64,000 bases of DNA from Bdellovibrionales bacterium (GCA_965200875.1 OZ241456.1:160001-224000), one strand, 5' to 3'; shown: positions 1 through 10,798, counted from the stretch's first letter. Notes: generated by a model not told the origin, from the letters alone. Numbers and translations: made by a program.

Positions 1-283
1 GTGTTTCCGGTGGTGTTTTTGGGGAGGGGCTGATTAAACAAGCTCTATCTGCCCCCATTGCCAAAGCCGTTCGGAGAGCTTTTTCCACTCGGCGAGGTCC
101 AAGGCTTAAGACCACCACCTCTCTTCCGGGTTTTTTTTCCTTGATTCGCAAAGCCTCTTCCAGCGCAAATTCATCATAAGGATTAATAATCCAGTCAATC
201 CCGGACTCATCAATGCCTTCTTTTTGTAATTGAATACGGGTTCCGGTGTCCGGCACTTGTTTTAAACAAACTAAAATTTTCAT
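1..283 (-). CDS. etfB: Electron transfer flavoprotein beta subunit, 5' part only (runs off window edge)
   Basis: Manual minus-strand translation from ATG at 283: MKILVCLKQVPDTGTRIQ...IINPYDEFALEEALRIKE, the canonical EtfB/FixA N-terminus. Confidence 0.92.
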   Translation of the reverse strand, partial: MKILVCLKQVPDTGTRIQLQKEGIDESGIDWIINPYDEFALEEALRIKEKKPGREVVVLSLGPRRVEKALRTALAMGADRACLISPSPKTPPET

Positions 284-432
284 ATTTTTTCTAGACAGTT
301 TCAGGTTTTTTTTGAAATGGCTTGGTCTTTTTATATCCTTGAATAACGGGAAAAGTCAAATATACTGTAAGAGGGGTGGAAGTCTAGATTTTAAAGGAAA
401 GCTCCGGTGGTTTTTTTTAAACCCGGTGGACA

Positions 433-1122
433 TTGAAAAAGAGGTATAAACAAGTGAAAAATTTTTTATGGCTTTCCATTGGGCAAAAATATTTAATGGG
501 AGTGACGGGCCTTGGCCTAGCTCTTTTTTTGTTTTTTCACATGTTGGGAAATCTTCTGATTTTTGCCGGCGAAAAAGCCTATAATCTTTATGCTCATCAG
601 CTGACAAGCACTAAGCTTTTGGTGGTGTTTGAAGTGGGGCTTTTACTTTTATTTTTGGTTCATATTATATTAGCGGTGGGGTTAAGCATAAAGAACCGCT
701 TGGCCCGAAAAACGCGCTATGCCCGCCCAGCAAGTGGGATTAAATCCACTGGATGGTATCAAAAAAGTCTTATTGCTCAAGGGGTGGTCATTTTGGTTTT
801 TGTGATTTTGCATCTTATAGCTTTTAAGTTTGGAGAGCATTATGAAGTGACTTATGAGGGGAAAACAGTAAGAGATTTGTTTCGTTTGGTAATAGAGGCT
901 TTTCAAAAGCCTTTGACGGTTATATGGTATATGGGGGCTTTGTTAATACTTTCCGTTCATCTTTTTCATGGCTTGACTTCTTCTTTTCAGTCGTTGGGGT
1001 TAAGTCATCCTCGGTTTAATATATGGATAAAGAAAACAAGTGTTGTTTATGCGGTATTGGTGACTTTGGGTTATATTTCTCTTCCTTTGTTTGTGTTTTT
1101 TTTCAGAGGAGCTGGCGGGTGA
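433..1122 (+). CDS. sdhC: Succinate dehydrogenase/fumarate reductase cytochrome b subunit (b558 type)
   Basis: About 5 TM helices; K.LMGVTGLGL..FL..HM.GNL and HL.HG..S.FQSLG motifs; precedes sdhA. Start codon uncertain. Confidence 0.9.
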   Translation: MKKRYKQVKNFLWLSIGQKYLMGVTGLGLALFLFFHMLGNLLIFAGEKAYNLYAHQLTSTKLLVVFEVGLLLLFLVHIILAVGLSIKNRLARKTRYARPASGIKSTGWYQKSLIAQGVVILVFVILHLIAFKFGEHYEVTYEGKTVRDLFRLVIEAFQKPLTVIWYMGALLILSVHLFHGLTSSFQSLGLSHPRFNIWIKKTSVVYAVLVTLGYISLPLFVFFFRGAGG

Positions 1123-1177
1123 AATTTTTGTTGGCTTTTTGTTGTTCAAGGGGGAACAGGCTTAAAGGGGTTTTGCT

Positions 1178-3085
1178 ATGAAACTTTCGGCTAAAATTCC
1201 CTCCGGGGATTTAGAGGAAAAATGGAATCAGCACTTGTTTGAGCAACCTTTGATAAGTCCTGCTAATCGGAGAAAATACCGATTGATTGTAGTGGGCACA
1301 GGGCTTGCAGGAGCTTCTGCCTCTGCCACCTTGGCGGAGCTTGGATATCAAATAACAACTTTTTGTATTCAGGATTCTCCAAGGCGTGCACATTCTATCG
1401 CGGCTCAGGGTGGAATTAATGCTGCTAAGAATTACCCTGGGGATGGAGATTCTATAAGAAGGCTTTTTTACGATACGGTGAAGGGAGGGGACTTTCGAAG
1501 TAGAGAAGCCAATGTATATCGGTTGGCCCAGATATCTAATCAGATTATTGATCACTCAGTGGCTCAGGGTGTGCCTTTTGCCAGGGAATATGGGGGGCTT
1601 TTGGCGAATCGATCTTTTGGGGGTGCACAGGTGTCCCGCACTTTTTATGCGAGAGGGCAAACTGGACAACAGCTTTTGCTGGGAGCCTACGGGGCTTTAA
1701 TGAGACAGGTGGAAAAAGGTGGAGTAAAGCTTTTTCCCCGCCATGAAATGATGGATCTGATTGTAAAAGATGGGCAGGTTATAGGGATTTTGACCCGAAA
1801 CCTCCTGACAGGAAAAGTAAAAAGTCATTTTGCTCATGCCGTGATTTTAGCCACCGGAGGATATGGCAATATCTTTTATCTTTCCACCAATGCCATGCAC
1901 TCCAATGCCAGTGCTGTCTGGCGTTGCCATAAAAAAGGGGCTTTTTTTGCTAACCCCTGTTTTACACAAATTCATCCCACTTGCATTCCCCGTTCCGGGC
2001 ACTATCAATCAAAATTGACTTTGCTTTCTGAGTCTTTGAGAAATGACGGAAGAGTTTGGGTTCCTAAAAAAGCAAAGGATCTGCGTTTGCCGGAAGAAAT
2101 TCCTGAATCAGAAAGAGATTACTATTTGGAAAGAATTTATCCAGGGTTTGGCAATCTAGCACCAAGAGATATAGCTTCCCGCCAAGCCAAGTTTCAAGTG
2201 GATAAGGGTTATGGTGTAGGCCCTACCGGTGAAGCTGTGTATTTGGATTTTCAGTCGGCAATAAAAAGACTTGGAAAACCCGCGCTTTCGGAAAAATATG
2301 GAAATCTTTTTCAGATCTATGAGAAAATTACAGGAGAAGATCCTTATCAAAAACCCATGCGTATATACCCGGCGGTTCATTACACAATGGGAGGTCTTTG
2401 GGTGGATTATAATTTGGAAAGCACAGTGAAAGGGCTTTTTGTTTTAGGGGAGGCCAACTTTTCTGATCATGGGGCCAATCGCTTAGGTGCCTCTGCTCTT
2501 ATGCAGGGTTTGGTGGATGGGTATTTTATTATTCCTGCAACAGTGGCTCAACATCTTGTGAGCAGAGAGGGTTTTTCAAAGAGTCAGACAGATAAAATCT
2601 TGGAAGAAAGTCAAAAAGCCGGAGAGGAAAAAATCAACAAAGTTTTGCAGATTAAAGGTTCTAGGACTGCGGGTTCTTTTCATCAGGAACTAGGAGATCT
2701 GCTTTGGAATCAAGTGGGAATGCTTAGGACAAAAAAAGGTTTGCTTTCCACCCGGGAAAAAATTCAAGCTCTGAGAGGACAATTTTGGGAAGATCTTTTG
2801 ATACCGGGAGATCAGAACAGTAAAAATGCGGAATTGGAAAAAGCCCTGCGGGTGGCGGATTATCTGGAGCTTTCGGAATTGATGGCTCGGGATGCTTTGG
2901 AAAGAGAAGAATCTTGTGGTTCTCATTTTCGAGAGGAGTATCAGACACCGGAACAGGAAGCTCTAAGGGATGATAAAAATTTTTGTCATGTATCTGTTTG
3001 GGAGTATACTCATAAAGACTGGATTTTACATAAGGAAGATTTGAAGTTTAAAGAAGTTTCTTTAAGTGTGAGGAGCTATAAATAA
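1178..3085 (+). CDS. sdhA: Succinate dehydrogenase/fumarate reductase flavoprotein subunit
   Basis: [11 protein letters not shown] motif, [29 protein letters not shown], ends in RSYK. Confidence 0.97.
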   Translation: MKLSAKIPSGDLEEKWNQHLFEQPLISPANRRKYRLIVVGTGLAGASASATLAELGYQITTFCIQDSPRRAHSIAAQGGINAAKNYPGDGDSIRRLFYDTVKGGDFRSREANVYRLAQISNQIIDHSVAQGVPFAREYGGLLANRSFGGAQVSRTFYARGQTGQQLLLGAYGALMRQVEKGGVKLFPRHEMMDLIVKDGQVIGILTRNLLTGKVKSHFAHAVILATGGYGNIFYLSTNAMHSNASAVWRCHKKGAFFANPCFTQIHPTCIPRSGHYQSKLTLLSESLRNDGRVWVPKKAKDLRLPEEIPESERDYYLERIYPGFGNLAPRDIASRQAKFQVDKGYGVGPTGEAVYLDFQSAIKRLGKPALSEKYGNLFQIYEKITGEDPYQKPMRIYPAVHYTMGGLWVDYNLESTVKGLFVLGEANFSDHGANRLGASALMQGLVDGYFIIPATVAQHLVSREGFSKSQTDKILEESQKAGEEKINKVLQIKGSRTAGSFHQELGDLLWNQVGMLRTKKGLLSTREKIQALRGQFWEDLLIPGDQNSKNAELEKALRVADYLELSELMARDALEREESCGSHFREEYQTPEQEALRDDKNFCHVSVWEYTHKDWILHKEDLKFKEVSLSVRSYK

Positions 3086-3096
3086 AAGAGGGCAGT

Positions 3097-3837
3097 GTGG
3101 AATTAAAGTTAAAAATATGGAGACAAAAAAGAGGAGAGACAACCGGGCGGTTTGAAAGCCATGTTCTTAAAGAGCTTTCTCCTGATATGTCTTTTTTGGA
3201 AATGCTGGACTTTTTAAACGAAAACTTGGTTAAGCAGGGAAAAATTCCTGTAGCCTTTGACCATGATTGCCGGGAGGGAATATGCGGGGCTTGCTCTTTG
3301 GTGGTTAATGGCAACCCTCATGGTCCTTATTCCGGGTCTGCTGTTTGTCAGCTTCACTTACGGTCTTTTAAGAGTGGAGACGAAGTGGAGATAGAACCTT
3401 TTCGGGCTTACGCTTTCCCTGTTATTCAAGATCTGATAGTGGATCGCAGAGCTTTTGATCGCATTATTCAGGCCGGTGGATATGTTTCGGTTAATACAGG
3501 TTCAGCTCCAGAAGCGCAAAGTCTTCCCGTGGAGAAAGCCTTGTCGGAGGAGGCTTTTGCCAGTTCTTCCTGTATTGGTTGTGGGGCTTGTGTTGCGGTT
3601 TGCAAAAATGCCTCAGCAAGTCTTTTTGTATCCGCTAAAGTTTCTCATCTGGCTTTGCTTCCACAGGGGCAGGCAGAGAGAAAAACCCGTGTGCTAAAAA
3701 TGGTGGAACAGATGGAAAAAGAAGGTTTTGGAGCTTGTACCAATACTGGAGCTTGTTCTCGCGCCTGTCCAAAGGAAATTTCCATAAGTTCCATTGCCCG
3801 GATGAACCGGGAGTACTGGAAAGCTTGGTGGAAATAA
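3097..3837 (+). CDS. sdhB: Succinate dehydrogenase/fumarate reductase iron-sulfur subunit
   Basis: DHDCREGICGAC, CIGCGACVAVC and CTNTGACSRACPK Fe-S motifs. Confidence 0.97.
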   Translation: MELKLKIWRQKRGETTGRFESHVLKELSPDMSFLEMLDFLNENLVKQGKIPVAFDHDCREGICGACSLVVNGNPHGPYSGSAVCQLHLRSFKSGDEVEIEPFRAYAFPVIQDLIVDRRAFDRIIQAGGYVSVNTGSAPEAQSLPVEKALSEEAFASSSCIGCGACVAVCKNASASLFVSAKVSHLALLPQGQAERKTRVLKMVEQMEKEGFGACTNTGACSRACPKEISISSIARMNREYWKAWWK

Positions 3838-4031
3838 AATGATGTTCAGCCAGAAAGCTCTGATTTCACTCCCTTAAACGCTATTTGTGCAAAAAAACAA
3901 TGTTTTTCTGCTTTAAAATAGTGCCTATCTTTATACAGATTGGTTCTTTGAGCTATTTCCTTGGACAGGTCTTCTAAAAGCTAAACCCACTAAAAAAAAC
4001 CAGAAAAATCAAAAAAACTGTTTATCAGGGG

Positions 4032-4733
4032 TTATGGTTTTTTCTTTTTTGATTTTTTAGGAAAGTCGTAACTGATTTCAATCAAAGTGTTGGCAAAAGA
4101 AATGCGATCACCAGTTATGAGATTTTTCTTTGATATATGTTTTTTATTGAGAAGTACTTTTTCCGGGTAAAGAGTTTTAAACAGCACAGATTTTTTATAG
4201 GGTTTAAGAGAAAAACATATATCAGGAGCTTTGGCCTCTAAGATTGGTAGATCGAGGCTTGCAGACCCCGCCTCTCTTGGACCATAGCAGATCCGCCATT
4301 TGTCACCTTTTTGTGGACCAGACTTGAAAACAAGTATTAAAGGGGGATGTATTACTTGTAGATTTTTTATATGATCTTTTACAGTTTTGTTTTTAAGCTC
4401 TTCTGCAATAATTTCATACCAAGGCTTTTCAGGAGGGGGGGCTTTTTTGACTTCAAATTTGGTGCTACCAATTTGAAAAATAATCCCTGGAGTAAGCACG
4501 AAGAGGTCATTTATTTCTTCTTCAAAATAGGTTCCATTTTTGGAATCCATGTCTTTTAAGTAAAACTTCCCTTTCTTTTTTACAATTTCAGCATGAGGAT
4601 TTGAGGCTTTGGAGTCTTCAATTAAAATGTCTCCTTCCTCTTTGTTGTTTCGAGTGAGAGTCAATCCTTTTTTAACCGGAAATTTTTTGCCTTTATGAGG
4701 ACCATTTAGAAAGTGGATGTTTAAATATTCCAT
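4032..4733 (-). CDS. FHA domain-containing protein (N-terminal FHA plus a second degenerate FHA-like repeat)
   Basis: GPHKGKKF...ASNPHAEI...LKDMDSKNGT FHA signature; second half repeats SGPQKG...GDRISFANT. Confidence 0.8.
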   Translation of the reverse strand: MEYLNIHFLNGPHKGKKFPVKKGLTLTRNNKEEGDILIEDSKASNPHAEIVKKKGKFYLKDMDSKNGTYFEEEINDLFVLTPGIIFQIGSTKFEVKKAPPPEKPWYEIIAEELKNKTVKDHIKNLQVIHPPLILVFKSGPQKGDKWRICYGPREAGSASLDLPILEAKAPDICFSLKPYKKSVLFKTLYPEKVLLNKKHISKKNLITGDRISFANTLIEISYDFPKKSKKKKP

Positions 4734-4911
4734 AATTTTTATTATGTATTTTTAAGGGAGTTTGTAAAAAGTTATTTCATTTGTTTGGAGTTTTGCCCGG
4801 TGAAAGGACTTGATGAAACCGACTGTATGTGTTAAAAAACCCGAACAAACACAGATGGAAACAGTTAGAAGCTTTTGAAAAAGCTCTGAAATAAAATTTA
4901 AGGAGACGAAT

Positions 4912-5328
4912 ATGAACTATGAATCTGTATTGGTTATGGAGCCGACTTTAGGCGAAGAGTCTCAAAAGATATTTTTTCAAACAGTCCAGGACATTTTGAA
5001 GCAATTTAAAGGGAATATTTATCACATAGATAGCTGGGGGGTGCGAAGACTCGCAAATAAAAATTGGAAAAAATGGTCTAAAGGGCTTTATTTTCATTTT
5101 TCGTTTAAAGGAGATACGGGAGTGGTGGAAGAGCTGGTGCGGAAAATTAAAATGGACGAAAAAATCCTTTATTATCATTTTGAAAAGCTTTCTCCTGAAA
5201 AATCCGCTGAAGAGCATTTGGCAGACTTTCGGGAGCTGTTGGAAGAAAATGCGAAGAGAGAAAAAGAGAGATTGGCGAAAATTCAAAAAAGAAAAGCTTT
5301 TTTCGCAACAAAAAAAGCAGGTGTATAG
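4912..5328 (+). CDS. rpsF: 30S ribosomal protein S6
   Basis: YESVLVMEP..., DSWGVRRLA, GLYFHFSF; AAGGAG RBS; adjacent to rplI. Confidence 0.92.
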   Translation: MNYESVLVMEPTLGEESQKIFFQTVQDILKQFKGNIYHIDSWGVRRLANKNWKKWSKGLYFHFSFKGDTGVVEELVRKIKMDEKILYYHFEKLSPEKSAEEHLADFRELLEENAKREKERLAKIQKRKAFFATKKAGV

Positions 5329-5331
5329 AGT

Positions 5332-5982
5332 ATGCGGGTTATTTTACAAAAAGATGTTAAAAATCTGGGTCAGGTTGGGGATATTGTTTCTGTTAAAAAA
5401 GGGTATGCCCGGCATCTGTTGTTTCCTAAAAAATGGGCTATTCCTTTTACAAAAGGTTCTGCTGATGAAGCGCGCCATCGGCAGGCGTTGATTGAAGCAA
5501 AGAAGAAAAAAGCTTTGAATTTAAGAAAGTCTCTTTTGGAAAAGCTAAAGGGTTTAGATATTTCCTTTGAAAAATCCGCATCTGCTGACGGAAAACTCTT
5601 CGGTTCTGTAACAGTGTTTGAGATTTCAAAAAAATTGCTTGTTCAGGGTTATGAAGTGGATAAAAGATTTTTGAAATTGCCTCAGCCTTTAAAGGAAACA
5701 GGAGAACATAAAGTGCTTTTGGATTTTGGGGCTGATTTGAAAACAGAAATAAGTATTCATATTTCTGCTTTAAAGCCGGCTAAAGAACCTGAAACTGAAA
5801 AGCCTTTGGAATCAGAAACGGAACTGGAATCAGACCAAGAATTAGAATCAGCTTCGGACCAAGAATCAGCCCCGGCACAGGAATTAGTCTCAGAATTAGA
5901 ATCAGCTTCAGACTTAGAATCAGCTTCAGACCAAGAATCAGCTTCAAAACCAGAACCAAAGTCAGAATTGCTTAATAAGTAA
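5332..5982 (+). CDS. rplI: 50S ribosomal protein L9 with acidic repetitive C-terminal extension
   Basis: MRVILQKDVKNLGQVGDIVSVKKGYARH, GKLFGSVT; extra ~65 aa of ELESAS/DQESAS repeats. Confidence 0.95.
   Translation: MRVILQKDVKNLGQVGDIVSVKKGYARHLLFPKKWAIPFTKGSADEARHRQALIEAKKKKALNLRKSLLEKLKGLDISFEKSASADGKLFGSVTVFEISKKLLVQGYEVDKRFLKLPQPLKETGEHKVLLDFGADLKTEISIHISALKPAKEPETEKPLESETELESDQELESASDQESAPAQELVSELESASDLESASDQESASKPEPKSELLNK
5800..5970 (+). repeat. Degenerate 18-bp tandem repeat in the rplI 3' extension
   Basis: Recurring gaatcagcttc(a/g)gac(caa/tta) units encoding 6-aa ESASDQ/ESASDL; bounds approximate. Confidence 0.8.
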
Positions 5983-6009
5983 ATCTGATTGAATTTCTAA
6001 TCAGTCCCC

Positions 6010-6375
6010 TTATATTGCTATTCCGCATTTTTCAATTATGTTTTTATTCATGTTCTCTTTTAAAAGTGGCGGAAATTTATTTTGAGTGGCTTGTCGGCAT
6101 TTTTCTCCATCACCTGGCACAAGATGTTCTGTTGCGCAATTCAAGGCTATTTTTTGACTTAATTCATATCCTGTTTGGTAACCGCTTTTGAGTGTTGTAC
6201 AAGAAAGACTATCCCACTTTGTTTTGAAACAAGATTCAACATTTTGTATTTGTTGTTCACAGCTTGGTAAATTCGTATTATCCTCTGAGTTTAACTGTGT
6301 GGAATCTGATTCTGTAGAATCTGAACAGCCAAAAAATAATGAAGAGGCAAGCACCAGTAAGATTATTGTTTTCAT
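6010..6375 (-). CDS. Hypothetical Cys-rich lipoprotein
   Basis: Signal peptide with lipobox LFFG-C, six further Cys, AAGGAG RBS. Confidence 0.75.
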   Translation of the reverse strand: MKTIILLVLASSLFFGCSDSTESDSTQLNSEDNTNLPSCEQQIQNVESCFKTKWDSLSCTTLKSGYQTGYELSQKIALNCATEHLVPGDGEKCRQATQNKFPPLLKENMNKNIIEKCGIAI

Positions 6376-6543
6376 AGTATTCTCCTTTTTTCTTTATCTG
6401 TAGTATAACTCAAAAAGTGAATCTTTTACACTTAAAAATATGTAAAAATTTGTAAAACCACAGACTGGAATCTTGCGTTTAAATAAGCTTTGCCACATAT
6501 TTTAAGACTGAAGTCTGGTAAAATTTCAGGAATACTTTAAAGT

Positions 6544-7587
6544 TTAAAGCTCCCGGCAAAGGGACAAAAGTTGCTTTATCACTCCTCGGCGATGCTTTGA
6601 TCCTAATATGATTAATCCTTCACCGGATTGTTTTGAAACCCTATTTGCTATGGCTTTATCTCTTTCAAGAGAATTTTCAATAAATGCGTTCGTACTTGAA
6701 AAATATTTTGAGACAAGATCTTTTAAACCCCTGTCACTGAGTCGATCCAAGGCCATTTTTATTTGTGTTTCAGGTATTGTCTCAGTATTTTCCAAAGCTC
6801 TGCTTTGAATGATCTCAATTTTTTCAAATTCGGAGAAAGGAAGATGAATTTGATGACTGGTATAAATAATTTGTCTTTGAAGTGACTGTATTCTTCTCAT
6901 TAATATAATGGCTGTTCTTTTAAGAACATTATCCTCAAGAGGAACAAATTGGATATCTTGAAAAAGTTCTGGATATTTTGAAAAAGCGATAATATAGGTA
7001 TGAAATATAAGGTGAAGAAGGTTGTCTATTTCTTCAAAGTTCAGTTTTATTTCATCTTGATACAGATTTTTCACTTCTTGATAATCTTGTAGCATGAGTT
7101 GTATGGGCATCCGGTTGATTTCCAGTTCTGACGATTCAATTCCGATCCATTTTATTTGCGGGTTATGGGAAAGTAAATTGATAATATCAGAAACATCGTT
7201 TTTTTCTGATTCCACTTTTGTCCATTGACTTTCTAAAAATGCCATTAAATTTTGTATTGTTTTTTCTCTATTACCCTGTATAAAATTGAGGATTTGGTTG
7301 CCTTGATTTGACAGATGGGGTGTAAACAAGCCATAGATATTTTTTTGATTGATTTTAATATTTATGACATGGTTGAAGAGATTTGTGACAGAGTGCGAAG
7401 GAAGAGGACCACGCCAGCCAAATAGAAAGGGAGAGGAGTCACAGAGTTGCTGGGATTGGCCACTTTGAATATAAAGCACACTTAAGAAAAAGATTTTCAA
7501 AGCCCAGCCAAAAAAAGATCTGAGTTTGTTTTTGAAGTCATAATTTGTCTTTTGCTTTTGAAAAAATAAACCACTTTGTATCATCAT
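6544..7587 (-). CDS. Hypothetical exported protein, possibly TraB/TIKI/ChaN-superfamily fold
   Basis: 347-aa ORF with N-terminal hydrophobic stretch, WIGIE motif and C-terminal ERDKAIA...IILGSKHRRGVIKQL; family assignment tentative. Confidence 0.6.
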   Translation of the reverse strand: MMIQSGLFFQKQKTNYDFKNKLRSFFGWALKIFFLSVLYIQSGQSQQLCDSSPFLFGWRGPLPSHSVTNLFNHVINIKINQKNIYGLFTPHLSNQGNQILNFIQGNREKTIQNLMAFLESQWTKVESEKNDVSDIINLLSHNPQIKWIGIESSELEINRMPIQLMLQDYQEVKNLYQDEIKLNFEEIDNLLHLIFHTYIIAFSKYPELFQDIQFVPLEDNVLKRTAIILMRRIQSLQRQIIYTSHQIHLPFSEFEKIEIIQSRALENTETIPETQIKMALDRLSDRGLKDLVSKYFSSTNAFIENSLERDKAIANRVSKQSGEGLIILGSKHRRGVIKQLLSLCREL

Positions 7588-8130
7588 ATTTTTCCTTAAA
7601 TCTTGATCTAGGAATGTACATTAATAAAAAAATAATCTGCTGTATTTTTTTATTGAGTGCAAAACCATTACATCCTTCACTCTTAGAAAGGTGTGTAAAA
7701 CCAATAAGCTTTTTATATTCTTTTATTTTTTGAAGTTTTTATAAAAAATCAAATGATAGCAATATGTTAAAAACTTTTCCCGGACGAGTATTATAATTTT
7801 CTGGAAAAATATCCACAAGAAAAACTGGGAGTGAGTGTAAAACTTTCACATTTGGATATAATTTAAACAATTATTTATTTCAGAGCAGGTTTTTAATATA
7901 TGATATAGATCGATTCTTTCTCCATAAATCAAAATTTTCTTTTATATATTTTTCCAGCTTTTTTGAACCGGAGCACAACACATAAAAGAAAGCCACAGAT
8001 TCTTTATTAAAAATTCCTTAACCAGTTTCAATATATCAGATGAATTTTATAGATGTGTTCCATATAAAAAAAGCGATGGCTATAGAGATAACCACAGTTT
8101 AACAAAGTCTGTAAAAAAGTAACTCTTAGT

Positions 8131-8709
8131 TCAAACTACCACTCTGAAGCCTTTGCCGTGACATTGCTCCACTTTCCCCTCTTTTTCCAGGTCTTGTAAA
8201 ATGTTATGGGTTATACTATGTTGTGGATTATCTTCTATACCTAAAGCCTGATTGATTTTTGCTGAACCAAAGTGTCCTGAAAAATAATTTAAGAAAGCCA
8301 AGATCTTTTGTTTCTTTTCTTCCTTGGTCATACGGGTTGAATTGTTGTTGTTTTGATTATCATTCATTGTGTTGTTCTCCTTTGAGAAAAAATCATCATT
8401 TTTTGTCTTTATAAAGCCAATCTTATTATGATGTAAAATAGCCTTAATTTCCTGAATGGACCAATCTTTAAAAGTTTTAAAAATTTTTTCACTCTGTTTG
8501 GAATAATTTTCAAGCCCTTCCTTCTTGTCAATGTAATTGTAATTTTCGATTTTCATTTTGATACTATCAAAGTGGATATAATTTTTAAAATCTTCATCTT
8601 CTGATAAATCTTCACAAAGTTTGTTTTTATCTCCACCTTCTTTGATTTGCCTATAAACAAGATAAGCTTTCAAATCATGGATTATTTTCCATTCACTACC
8701 TCTACCCAT
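8131..8709 (-). CDS. Hypothetical protein with C-terminal winged-helix-like domain
   Basis: ATG at 8709 preceded by AAGGAGG; SIKMKIENY...GLENYSKQS segment; C-terminal KILAFL...ILQDLEKEGKVEQ..GKGFRV. Confidence 0.65.
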   Translation of the reverse strand: MGRGSEWKIIHDLKAYLVYRQIKEGGDKNKLCEDLSEDEDFKNYIHFDSIKMKIENYNYIDKKEGLENYSKQSEKIFKTFKDWSIQEIKAILHHNKIGFIKTKNDDFFSKENNTMNDNQNNNNSTRMTKEEKKQKILAFLNYFSGHFGSAKINQALGIEDNPQHSITHNILQDLEKEGKVEQCHGKGFRVVV

Positions 8710-8832
8710 AATAACGCCCCTCCTTATAAAAAAGTGATGGTCGTTTTGGATAGACCACCACTTAACGAATCCAAGGTGACCAATAACTAGCCTAGCCCTG
8801 TGGAGTTTAAAATGTTTACCATACATTCATTA

Positions 8833-9453
8833 TTAACGACAAAGTGCGCCAGCACTGACCCATACACCATCTGTCCCTGCCACACTACCATTGCAATCAT
8901 TTGAGGAATCACCTGCACAATTTGAGCTACTTTCTTGGCAGAACCCTGAAACGGCAGACTCATCCCCTGAGGATTTTTTACAATAAGCACCTCCCTGTTT
9001 AGGGGAACTGTTGTTATTCGCCACAGAAAAACCAACTTCGTTTCCGTCAAACTCATTTACAACAGCAAATTTAAAACTAGAACTTCCTAGTGTACATTGA
9101 GATCTTACCATAGACGGAGCTGTATTATCCTCTTCATTTATATCATTTACAGATGCACACTCCCCTGACTCTTTTCTGTCAAAACCTATAAAACTTTTAG
9201 TTCCATAAGTGGAAGACTCTTTTAAAGAATTAAGACCAGCTTGTGCTAAGCTTGCACAAAAGTCCCCTTCTACAGCATTATAGGCATGATACGCCTTATA
9301 AGCATTACCTACATCGGACTTCAATACGGTTTTATTGGCATTTCCTCTGTAGTTGTTATAAGCCGGAATGGCCATAGCAGTTAGGACTCCTATAAGCCCC
9401 ATTGCCACCAGGATTTCGATCAGCGAAAATCCCTTGTTGTTTATTGTTTTCAT
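8833..9453 (-). CDS. Type IV pilin-like protein (prepilin cleavage/N-methylation domain)
   Basis: NKG|FSLIEILVAMGLIGVLTAMAIPAY class III signal; Cys-rich C-terminus. Confidence 0.92.
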   Translation of the reverse strand: MKTINNKGFSLIEILVAMGLIGVLTAMAIPAYNNYRGNANKTVLKSDVGNAYKAYHAYNAVEGDFCASLAQAGLNSLKESSTYGTKSFIGFDRKESGECASVNDINEEDNTAPSMVRSQCTLGSSSFKFAVVNEFDGNEVGFSVANNNSSPKQGGAYCKKSSGDESAVSGFCQESSSNCAGDSSNDCNGSVAGTDGVWVSAGALCR

Positions 9454-9941
9454 ATTACCCCCTTGGTTATTGGTTAGTTTTCTTTGGCTAAAACGCCTTG
9501 AGATTCATAATGTTTCTTTACTGTTTGTTTTTCTCTTTGCCCCAGTGTCTAAGCTCATAAGCTTTTTTTCATTTGGTATTTTAATTAACATCTTTTTTCA
9601 TGGTCTTTCTGAGATTTGTGTATTCTTGCTAAGTCGGAAATCCTAGTCAAAAAACTTTTTGTTTTTTAAGCCTAAAATACCTTTCGGCATACATGGAAAA
9701 AACTTTAAGCCTTTTGTCTAAAATTTTTGATTTTTTAAAAAATTAAGTAATATCAAGTATTTAAAATTTTTGATTTTTTAAGATTTTTAGCAGATATCAG
9801 GGAGTGGTGAAAAGCAAGTTATTCTCATTTACAACCCCATCAGATCAATTTTTTCTGGACTTTCAAAAAAAGTTGTTTTTTAAATTAAATAAAAAAGGAG
9901 TCATCCAAAGTGCTTGCTAGGCCGGCCCTTCTTATTATTCC

Positions 9942-10298
9942 CTATCTTATTTTTTTATCTTGCAAGGCAATTAACCGACTGGTATTTGCGATTGAATCCT
10001 CAACGAGTTTAAGTATTGTGTTGTCAGTTTTAGATAATTGATTAAGTCTTTTTTCCATATATGCTTTATTATTCTTTATCTCCACTTTCATAGCACCCAT
10101 TTCCGAGCGTATATTATCCATTTCCGAGTGCATAGAGTGAGAATGTTCTTGTAACATCTGCTTATAACTCTCCGTTTTTTCATTCAGCATGACATTTACG
10201 CCTTTCAAAAGGAATGTCTTAAAAGCAATTAAAAAAATGCCGGAAGTCAAAATCAATGCCAATAAAGCCAATAGTACGGCCAGCGTTTCCATATTCAT
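9942..10298 (-). CDS. Small single-TM coiled-coil protein (paralog of 47960..48247)
   Basis: LALILTSGIFLIAFKTFLLKGVNVMLNEKTE aligns with the 47960 ORF; AAGGGG RBS before ATG at 10298. Confidence 0.75.
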   Translation of the reverse strand: MNMETLAVLLALLALILTSGIFLIAFKTFLLKGVNVMLNEKTESYKQMLQEHSHSMHSEMDNIRSEMGAMKVEIKNNKAYMEKRLNQLSKTDNTILKLVEDSIANTSRLIALQDKKIR

Positions 10299-10327
10299 AA
10301 TCAATCCCCTTTTGTTGTTTTTTATTA

Positions 10328-10588
10328 TCACTCACTATCCATGCCTAATAACGATAATAACCACCAAGGCAATTTCCTTTTAATCCATTTCAATACCTTT
10401 CCTCGATTTTGTTTTTTATTATCCAAAAGTTCATCTATCTGTTTTAAAGTCCTAAGCTTTTCTTGTAAAATTTTTTGACCTTCTATAGAGTGCATAGCTG
10501 GATAAATATACAAAATATTCCTTATTTCACAATAGACATATTCTTGCAATTTTTCGTTTTCTGTTAATCTCCTTGTGATTTGTCCCAC
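10328..10588 (-). CDS. Small hypothetical protein
   Basis: 86-aa ORF co-oriented with and overlapping its upstream neighbour; no recognised motif. Confidence 0.5.
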   Translation of the reverse strand: MGQITRRLTENEKLQEYVYCEIRNILYIYPAMHSIEGQKILQEKLRTLKQIDELLDNKKQNRGKVLKWIKRKLPWWLLSLLGMDSE

Positions 10589-10752
10589 TGTGATCTTCCT
10601 ACACTTTTATTTAAAAACTCTTTTATAGTCTTTAAATTTTCAATCTTTAATTTATAAAGTTTTTTACTTTCCTCTCCATTACTGAATTTTTTTTCTAAAT
10701 CCTGTATCTCTTTATCTACATCTAGAAAATCTTTTTGGGTATTTTTTTCCAT
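10564..10752 (-). CDS. Small helical hypothetical protein
   Basis: 62 aa; GGAGG RBS and TGATATAAT extended -10 upstream. Confidence 0.6.
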   Translation of the reverse strand: MEKNTQKDFLDVDKEIQDLEKKFSNGEESKKLYKLKIENLKTIKEFLNKSVGRSQWDKSQGD

Positions 10753-10798
10753 GATGCCCCTCCATTGTTTTGTTCTTTTATTATATCACATTGTTTTG

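Noticed and set aside
7890..8070. Possible decayed ORF in the intergenic gap
   Set aside because: Only short interrupted frames with no recognisable motif
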